Source: Flectonema sp. DT1601 (taxonomy: Eukaryota). Taken from it: a DNA stretch of 64,000 nucleotides. The position numbers and the translations under genes are program-made. The stretch spans positions 930,001 to 994,000 of the forward strand of contig OZ025781.1 in NCBI GenBank assembly GCA_964019425.1, given 5' to 3'. Of this stretch, positions 55,879 to 64,000 are shown piece by piece. The number at the start of each line of letters is the position of its first letter. Within the stretch, counting starts at the first letter, position 1. Under the pieces are notes generated by a model, which ran no database searches, was not told the origin of the DNA, and saw only the letters and a program-made list of their open reading frames with translations.

Positions 55879-56841
55879 CTACCAAGGCTTCATGATACCA
55901 CCCTCCTGTTTTATTATTCAATAAGTAGGATATGTTAAAGTATAACATAAGTAGAAAAGTAACATACCTGAACTGGATCAAATGATGATACATTGTGAGG
56001 TGCTCTTTTGTGATCACCGAATATAGGTGCTTGCATACCATAACGGTTCCTGTTTGTGTAGTGTTTTAGACATGATTTACCCTAAGTGAGTTGATACGCT
56101 GTAATAATCAAACATACCAGTAGTGTTTGAATGAATTACCGTTCATTTTTGGAATCTTTGCTACCCACCAAAGAGGATGGTGGTCTGCTCTGATAACATC
56201 GGAGTTGTATTTCGGGTTATTAGAGTCTCTGATTTCGTGTCTTGGTGGATCCATAACCTGTTTTGAATGGTTGCTGATTGTTGTTCATTTCTTATAAATG
56301 ATACTAGTGGTTTTAAAGAATAAAAACATACTCTGGTACCTCCCCCCATAGAAAATCTACCCTTCAATGACTTAACAGAGTACTTAGATCTCCAAAACAT
56401 GTGACCCCAGTTAGGATCATTGTACAACCAATTCTTATCAGCGATGGCGTACATTGCGTGGTGTGCTCGTTTTCTCTGTAGGACTTGGTTTCTGCGAACA
56501 GCATCAGCAGCAACGCATAATTCATACTCGTGGAACTGATGACCACATCCTCTACTTCCACTGTAGTAAGAACCATTTGAAACATAACAATAATACCACG
56601 GTATATATTTATGTGAACAATAATCCCATCCCATCAATGGAATTCGTAACCTCGTTAAATCAGATCTTGAAACAGATGACTGTCTCTGTTGGTGGGGACG
56701 TCCTCCAAATTCATATTCCCACTCCGCTTCAGTCATACCATATTCTTTCATCATCTGTCTGTTACCAGCGGAGTAGTCGAACGGCGATGGTGCCGGATCG
56801 AACGTGACACCCAGCGGATCTGCTGATGCCTCGTGAGCCAT
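55879..56841 (-). CDS. NDUFB7: Complex I subunit NDUFB7 (B18) with N- and C-terminal extensions, 4 exons
   Basis: RIPL..WDYCSH..C..CGHQFHEYELC twin CX9C. Introns 56258-56331, 56050-56117 and 55906-55967 keep the frame to ..EGGIMKPW-stop. Confidence 0.8.
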
Positions 56842-57123
56842 ATTTACGATTTATCTGGTTAAACAAAAGAGTATTTGATGAAATATTGTTAACAAAAAAA
56901 ATATCAACGAAACTATCTAACAGAAGAAGTACAACAAGAACCATATGTAGCAAATAGTGTTATAAGGAAAAGAAAAATACACAAAAAAAAAAAAAAAAAA
57001 AAAAAAATCAAAAAACACTCTAATTTCTAGTAACACAATAAAAATATCTGTTTAGTGAGGAGGGTCACATAAACGCAAACAAAAAAAACAATGAAAAACA
57101 ATTATCGGGCAGCAATATTTCAA

Positions 57124-59159
57124 TCACGGGTCACTACAAAATGAAGTAATGTAAAGCCTCTGATTCAAGTCAGCTTTTAATGAAAGTATTTTATGAAAAA
57201 GAGATCGATTATGAATAAAGTCAAAGAGGATGGAGAGATACTGCGCTGAGTCAGTTGATATATCGTCGATTTGATTCAAAGTGTCGAGTAGTACCTCAGG
57301 AGAGTCTGAAGAAACAGATGAAATAGAACCAAGTAATTCTTTAGCTGAGAGAAGTGTTTCGTGAAGAGACCTAAGAGAGGAAACATAAATATTATTCATT
57401 TCAACTGTTGATGAGCTGTTTGATATTCCAGCAACTATTTGTTGATGTGCGCGCACAGTGTCTGACATTATCTGTTCACTTCTCACAGGAACATGTAACT
57501 CTCTCGCAGAGTTTGCTATTTTACTTTTGCTGAGAGCAGTTTCCTGTTCCAATTCTTGTTCAGCTGCTTCACTATTCAAACTCGCGGTTAACGCAGACAG
57601 CATTCGATGTTGTTTTGTTACCTGATTTTATTAAATTGGTTGAGAAAAATGTCAACAACAGTGTTCGTGTCGTAGATAATGATGTTCATCCAGTTACACA
57701 TTTCAGTAATATTATAAAGACATACCTGTTCAAGTTGTTGTTTTTTACTATGTCGAAGTCTCTTAGTAGCTACCGCAGCTCTGAGGTAGTGTAATTGAAG
57801 TACTTCATTCTCATCCAACTCTGTTGGTATCGCTGAAGTAGTTGCTCTTGTTTGAATACCACTGAGACGAGAGACTGTTGATGCTGCAGGTGATCCTGAA
57901 GCTATACGATCTCTTGGAGTACCAGAACGCTGACCAGCTTTTCTACCTGGAGAGTACGTCCTATTCGATGCATTGATAGCTGAAGATATTACTGATACTG
58001 AAGCATCTCTTTGTGATATACCACTTCCTGAAGTAGGTCCCCCCCCTCCGGTAAATATTGGCATCGCACCACTTCCTCCAGAAGTGGTACCGTCAGCGAC
58101 GTTGACCACTCGAACATGTGGTCGAGACGGAGTTCGCTTTTGAATTCGAGATTGCTGGGATGTCGAGCGAAGTTGAGATGCCGCTGGTGAAGATGTTCGG
58201 GGAACGCGAACAACAGGTGCTGGCGTACGTCCTTCCGAAGGACCTCTTCTTGCTGATGGAGATGCTGTTCGTCGAATTGGAGATGTCGTCCTTCCGAAAG
58301 CAGTTGTTGCGGTTGATGTTCGTTTTGGCACCGCCCCGAGTGACGATTCTCTTAACATAGCCTTCAACTTCTGACTTCCCTTTGCAGTTGGTTTTGTAGG
58401 AGTTTTCACCACTTTCTTAATACCAGGTGATGATGTTCTAACTGTTGCTTGTGGAGTTGTACTACCTGACCTGCTAATTGGAACTTTTTGTTGACTCTGA
58501 TCGCGGTAGCGAGACTTGACACCAGTGAGGCGGGGACTACGAGGAGGTGATTTAACAGTTGCGGAGACTGATTTCTTCATCGCCGACTTTCGAACAAATC
58601 GTATGTTCCACTCATCGCTATCTATTTTTTTACGACAGATGCCACTGAGAATAGTGGCGTCTCGGGAGAGTGTTCCAGTGAACTCTGTTTCCCAGTCAAT
58701 AAAGAGCCAAGTAACTATTTCATCGTGAAGCTTGCCTTTTATTGTACAGATTTCTGAGGGACCAGCTCCCTCTGCTGCTTCATGTGTCCCGTGGACGACA
58801 TTACCATCTTGCCAAATACTCAAACAACCAACAATTTCTGTTTCACCACTTCCGTCCCAAACTTCATTCCAATCCCCTGTTAGAGTTACTTGAGAATCTA
58901 CAGTTGAGCCTGCTCGGATTAAGTCTTTATTTCTTTGATGTTCTGAAGCAAGTTTCACACTAACTTCTCGTAGTCGTTTTGATTCCATGTCAGCATCGTG
59001 TCTTAACAGTTCTAGTTTTCGTATATCTTGCAGGTGTTGTGCTTCTTCCATACTCACCTTAGAAGTACTAATTGGACTCTTACTACGGCTTCTGGTACTC
59101 CGATGTGGTGATGAAGCTCCAGGAGAAGTAGGTACCCATGGAGGCCACGATGTATCCAT
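57124..59159 (-). CDS. Hypothetical protein with S/R/T-rich region and C-terminal coiled coil (possibly HAUS8/QWRF-like), 2 exons
   Basis: ORFs 57618-59159 and 57124-57603 join in frame across intron 57622-57725 (QQLEQ|VTKQHRML). The family guess is weak. Confidence 0.65.
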
Positions 59160-59749
59160 CTTGTTTTAAAGAGGTGCTGTTACTTATGTTATTTATCATT
59201 ATTACAATTAATTTATCATCTTGTAAAGTCACTTATTACAGTTAACAACAGCTTACGTCGAATGCAAACAACAAAGACAGGAAAAAAAAAACACGTACGC
59301 ACAAGAAATTCAAACAGATTTACTGCTGAAGAGTAAACAATAAAAAATATAAACTAATTCAAGTTAAGAAGGTAATTCGCTGAGTGTGACAAGCAAGAAC
59401 GCTCAGTGTAATACCATAAAAGGTGTTTAACTAAATTTGTTTTATTTTTGTACCGACGTAGTCGGAGAGAAGAAACTATTCAGATTGAAAGCCGATATTT
59501 CTAATGGTCATAATTTATTTTCCCCGTGCGACAGGATTTTGTCTGCGTTCAACGAAATATAAGGCTAATCTGAATGGTTTTTTTTTTTTTTTTTTTTTTC
59601 ACCACAACATAAGACCAAAACAGAAAAAAAATAAAAAAAAATGTATACAATCAATCACAATTAAGAAGTAGGTCCTAATAAAATTCCGCTGAGGACACAA
59701 GAAAAGTTATTACTAAGATGTAACTTTGAGTGTTTACAGTTCAGATATT

Positions 59750-61912
59750 TTAATTAAATTCCATTTGATGTGACTGCGCTGCCTGAGTTTGTTCATTAAA
59801 TTGCTTTCTCTTGTTAGGAGATGGCGTTTGTTTTTCATGAGGAAGTGGACAGATGCGTTTGATCGTTTTATTTGGACGGTCATCAGATCCAAAAATTAAA
59901 TGAACAGCCTTCCCAGTTCGTGTTCCCGGAGGTGTTTGACAACGAGGTATTGGATTTGGTACAAACGTCGATTCAGATAACGTGCTTGAGTTCTTTGTCG
60001 GGACCATTCGAATTCCTGAAAAAGGTTTCCTCGGAGACGACTCATCTGAGACTCGACTATATTGAGGAGGGATAGAAGTGAAGTATTGATCTCCATCTGA
60101 TTTCTCTTTTTGAATAGCCGCATGTTTTCTTGATTCTCCTTCTCTACCAGCATTCACCATAGTCAGAGAACTGTTTGAACTTCCTATTGCCTGAGCTGTT
60201 CTTGCATCACTCTGCATTGACTTCTTACAAGTAACAATCTGATCACCACGTAATGAACCAGAAACATTCCATGTCTGGCGTTGGCTAGCAGGGGCAGAAA
60301 AACTTCGTTTTGCACTGGTTGGAGTTCCAGCATCAGAATATGGATTTGGGTTACTACCAATCCCGTGGGAATCCGTCGTAATTGTGAGTCGTTTTCTCGA
60401 TGGAGAAGTCTCTTCGAGAGCGACTGGGTTTGGATTACTACCCATTCCTGTTGTATTAAAGTGACTCAATGATGACATTACTCTACCTGTTCTGGGACTA
60501 CCTCCTTCTTCAATATCTCCTGCTGCATTAGGATTACTCACAGCAGTCGCATCATGTGATCCGTACCTTCTTCTTCTACCAGGGCTTTCAGTTCTTGATC
60601 CTCCTATGTTGTAGGGATTTGATGCGTTGGTTGATTTAATAGTTGCGACCTGTTTGTAGAATTCTCCATCATTCCCAATTGAGTATGGACTTGAAACATT
60701 CTTCTGAGAAAGAGTACGAGATGGTGACCTCCTCTGAGATGGAATCTCACGACATGTGTCAGCAGGACCATTTGAATAATGCCTTGTGATGCCGCCATTA
60801 TTCTGACTTTGATCTCGTTCTCTTCCAAGACCAATAGTTGATGGATCAGATGCATTTGGAGATGTAGGACCGTTGCCATACCTTCTGTTGATACCACTGT
60901 AACTGTTGACGACATTACCAGCAGGACTGCTATTCGTTCTGTTATTTGATTTATTAATATTTGGAGATAGCTGCGTCGTTCTAAGTGATTCTTTAGCTCC
61001 ACTACCACCACCCATTGAAAACACAGGTCTAGATATCCTTTGAGAACTACCACCTCTCTGAATAGGAGATGACGAACTCACCCCAGAACGCGCAGAGTAC
61101 AAAGTCGATTGCGGGGATGCTTTTGAAAGAGGTGCGGATTTCTGATCAACGGACACACTCGGTGGTCTAACTCGTTCAGTGTTTTTCTTAACAAAGTCAG
61201 GTCTTGTAGGTGACGGTGAGTGACTACCCGAAACGAATATTGGCTGTGTGTCTTTCACAACAGGTTTAGGTAGATCATGAAAATCTCTTCCCTCCGTATC
61301 AATGTGTCCATTGTCATTCTTAGGCATCATCGGAGGTGAAATACTTCTAATTGGAGACAGTTGCTGAACGTACTGACGCTGATTTGTATAAATTACAGAT
61401 CCACTTCTTGGTGATATTCCACTCAAAGGAGTAGACGAAGGGTGAGGTGCAATCTTTTTGAGGCTCGCTGGAGATTCGCATAATTTTCCTTTTTCCGGTA
61501 CCTTCATCCCTTTCATTTCTTGCCAATAAAGTTCAATTCTGGCTGAATTTAAAGGATCGTCTAATTTATAAAGTCGAAGTAGTCTTTGAAGTATTTGCAG
61601 GTCTGGAATTTTACAAAGCTCTCGTTCAGTTAATTCTTTCTTAGCGCGTTTTACGAGAGTCATCCATGCTTCACGTCGTTGGATTTCGCCTCTATTCTTC
61701 TGAGGAGCTTTGTCTCTAGGATTGACCCGTTCGTCCCATACATCCTGTTGAATACTGTGCCGAGTGAATTTTGGAGACATAGTTCTTCTTTCTGCCATCA
61801 CTTCTTCCTCTTTCTCACTTAGTGAAGCCGACAGCTTTTCCACCTTCCCCGCGAGATGTTTCAAGAACAACAGCGAGTCATCTTCTGGAGTGCTGGTACT
61901 TTGACTTCCCAT
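59750..61912 (-). CDS. Hypothetical S/P-rich disordered protein, possible N-myristoylation
   Basis: 720-aa ORF starting MGSQST; recurring SNPN/SNPY motifs. Confidence 0.7.
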   Translation of the reverse strand: MGSQSTSTPEDDSLLFLKHLAGKVEKLSASLSEKEEEVMAERRTMSPKFTRHSIQQDVWDERVNPRDKAPQKNRGEIQRREAWMTLVKRAKKELTERELCKIPDLQILQRLLRLYKLDDPLNSARIELYWQEMKGMKVPEKGKLCESPASLKKIAPHPSSTPLSGISPRSGSVIYTNQRQYVQQLSPIRSISPPMMPKNDNGHIDTEGRDFHDLPKPVVKDTQPIFVSGSHSPSPTRPDFVKKNTERVRPPSVSVDQKSAPLSKASPQSTLYSARSGVSSSSPIQRGGSSQRISRPVFSMGGGSGAKESLRTTQLSPNINKSNNRTNSSPAGNVVNSYSGINRRYGNGPTSPNASDPSTIGLGRERDQSQNNGGITRHYSNGPADTCREIPSQRRSPSRTLSQKNVSSPYSIGNDGEFYKQVATIKSTNASNPYNIGGSRTESPGRRRRYGSHDATAVSNPNAAGDIEEGGSPRTGRVMSSLSHFNTTGMGSNPNPVALEETSPSRKRLTITTDSHGIGSNPNPYSDAGTPTSAKRSFSAPASQRQTWNVSGSLRGDQIVTCKKSMQSDARTAQAIGSSNSSLTMVNAGREGESRKHAAIQKEKSDGDQYFTSIPPQYSRVSDESSPRKPFSGIRMVPTKNSSTLSESTFVPNPIPRCQTPPGTRTGKAVHLIFGSDDRPNKTIKRICPLPHEKQTPSPNKRKQFNEQTQAAQSHQMEFN

Positions 61913-62072
61913 ATTGACTGACCAGTTGCTGTGAGTGAATACAATAAATGATAATTAAACCTTAACTAATCACTACTACGACATTATTATATCACAAGTA
62001 AAGTCAAACATTAAAGGTTAGGTATAGATGACTTCACTATGGATAAAAAAAAAACTCAAGAAAGGTAGAACA

Positions 62073-62951
62073 TTAGTATCCATCACACATCCCTCCGGAA
62101 TCAGCTACTTCTTGGACGAATTGTTCGTCATTTTTCAAATAATTTGATAAATGATTCCAACATCTTGGGTTCCTAACTAAACATTTAATAATAAGTGATC
62201 TGAGTGTTGCATCTTCCAGAATTTCGCTCGTTGTAAAAACATTTACCACCGCAGGACATGAAGTGCAAGAGTTCAGTACAGCAGTGTGATCTGCCTTTAC
62301 TAAATGGGCAACGCAGTTGGTAGACCTGGCGCTTTTTAAATACGCAGTTAGGATGTAAGTATCGGTTGGAAAACTAGCGTGACAAAACGGTCTCCAGGCT
62401 TTCGTTGCTACGCTTTTCATGAATTTTCTATTCTTCTTGAGAGTGTCAGGAATAAGTTCCCAGTTATCTTCAAAACAATAACAAGCAGCTCTCAATGCAA
62501 CAATCTTATTGGATTTCATCTGCGGACTCAACAGGTTATATTGTCCTGATGATGTGATCGTATAACTAAATTCAACATCACATTTAAGGCGATCGCTAAT
62601 TCGTGAATAGTTTTCAGGACAGTTTCTGACTGCTATTATCGCAAACTGTTCGTTGTTTGCTGTAAAACTGTTCCAGTCAGATTCATGAACCGTTGGTGGA
62701 CATCTTCTTAAAACATCACTAACTATTACTTCACCATTAGGTTTTAAAAATATTTCATCATTTGGTCCTATTCCGACTGATGTCAGAATCGTATTCTTTT
62801 TTAGAACCAGTTGATCGAATTCAAGTTGCATCCTTATCGGATCCATGTCGAGCTCATCTGCAATTATTTCTATTAAACAATTACAAGTAGTCAATTCATT
62901 GATTTCTTTTAATGTACAATCACCATTTGGAAGAATCACTTGAACGTCCAT
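62073..62951 (-). CDS. Ubiquitin-like domain + DUF4116-like repeat protein
   Basis: Ubl (MDVQVILPNG..MQLEFD..L..VGI..NDEI), then S..LK.D/N.EF..A repeats. Confidence 0.7.
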   Translation of the reverse strand: MDVQVILPNGDCTLKEINELTTCNCLIEIIADELDMDPIRMQLEFDQLVLKKNTILTSVGIGPNDEIFLKPNGEVIVSDVLRRCPPTVHESDWNSFTANNEQFAIIAVRNCPENYSRISDRLKCDVEFSYTITSSGQYNLLSPQMKSNKIVALRAACYCFEDNWELIPDTLKKNRKFMKSVATKAWRPFCHASFPTDTYILTAYLKSARSTNCVAHLVKADHTAVLNSCTSCPAVVNVFTTSEILEDATLRSLIIKCLVRNPRCWNHLSNYLKNDEQFVQEVADSGGMCDGY

Positions 62952-63387
62952 ATTACTCTTTCGAAGATAATCTCCTTGAGATGATGAAAAAATGAAAAAA
63001 AAAAAGTTGAAAAAAAAACTGGGATTTCATAATATTTTATTACATTTTTTTTTTTTTTTTTTTTTTGCTTTTTACACACGCCGTCTGTTGAATGAGATAA
63101 TTTTATTTTTATTTTTTTTAAAAAAAAAAAATAAAAAAAAATAAACACGAACACCAATTGGTGTTATCCTTAACGAAAGTATAAATCGCCCTCCCAATAG
63201 CGGGGCTTCATGTAAATGCACTAATGGAGGTGGGGAGGGGAGGCCGCGGGTTGTAATACAATAATATTCGTATCATAAATTTAACGATAATTTAGCAATC
63301 TGTTGAGGATACAGTGAACTATAGTGATGATGGTTTTTTTAGCTTTTTTTTGAAGTAACTCTCTTAGAAATTATTGAGACTGAATCA

Positions 63388-64000
63388 CCCCCCCCCCCTA
63401 GGGGGGGGTACAAGCTGTCGATAAAGTACTTTTTCCGAATTTTGGTAAATATAACCTTCCCGGGGGCAAAAAATACCCAGGACCCCATCAGAACCCCCAA
63501 AAATGTGATTTCGGGGCCGAAAAAACCTCGATTTGGCTGATTTCGGCAAAGGAATGAAAAATCTCAAAAAGTGTGGACCGTGTGGTACCTGGGGGTCCAA
63601 TTTTGAGGACTGTGAAATGCACCTTCAAATAAATTTTTTTTACAATGAGAAGAGGTGAGTCTTGGTGTGCCCCTGTATGCGCAGTTTGCTAATATACCGT
63701 TTCCGTATCAGTTTCCGCCTCAAGAACACGCCACGAAAAAGAACAGCGCTCTCGCTCGGCCATGCTTGAGGCCACGAGGCTCACGGGCAGGATATCGCAG
63801 CGGAAAACAACGTTCTGCAGGGCAGCTCACAAAGTCATTCTGCGGAGGAGAGCATTGATCCCGGAGTGCATGAAAACACCTCCCGAGGCATCCCTGAAGT
63901 CACTCAACAGCACTTGGACAGTCAGAAGCAAGATACGCGTGAGAAAGGGGTCCAAAAACGTCCAGTATCTGAATCGTGGTCACAGAAGGCTCACAGAATA
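63388..64000 (+). mobile_element. Probable transposon end or foreign segment carrying a plus-strand gene (partial)
   Basis: Abrupt GC rise, palindrome C8-TA-G8 (63391-63408), then the only spliced plus-strand ORF seen; the other end is not in the window. Confidence 0.35.
63645..64000 (+). CDS. 5' part of a basic plus-strand protein, with an intron
   Basis: ATG AGA AGA G|GTGAGT..GCTAAT..CAG| (intron 63655-63711) gives MRRVSASRTRHEKEQRSRSAMLEATRL.., open to the window end. Confidence 0.45.

Overview
Eukaryotic nuclear DNA, almost certainly a diplonemid (Euglenozoa): a near-complete diplonemid-type spliced-leader (SL) exon is present, about 25 host genes lie head-to-tail on the minus strand (polycistronic layout), and several have short GT-AG introns of 60-105 nt. 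Recognisable genes include RRM1, PIG-Q/GPI1, a DHHC palmitoyltransferase, a BPHL-like hydrolase, UTP21/WDR36, RPN7, an ABCD transporter, RPAP2 and NDUFB7. The most interesting part is the first 5 kb, where a ubiquitin-like/LRR gene carries three insertions. (1) An apparently intact non-LTR retrotransposon starts with the SL exon. Its ORF1 and APE/RT ORF2 share one frame, joined by a leaky-context amber codon (CAA-TAG-CAA-CGA) and a 32-codon 2A-like peptide ending GIEQNPG/P. This suggests tandem recoding: readthrough, then ribosomal skipping. (2) A non-coding element starts exactly at an HDV-like ribozyme. (3) A (CTAA)3 micro-insertion has a 6-bp target-site duplication. Also notable are a tyrosine-kinase-type kinase fused to LRR and WD40 domains, several pseudo-enzymes, and a probable transposon end with a plus-strand gene at the right edge. 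All calls come from reading and hand-translating the sequence; no searches were run.
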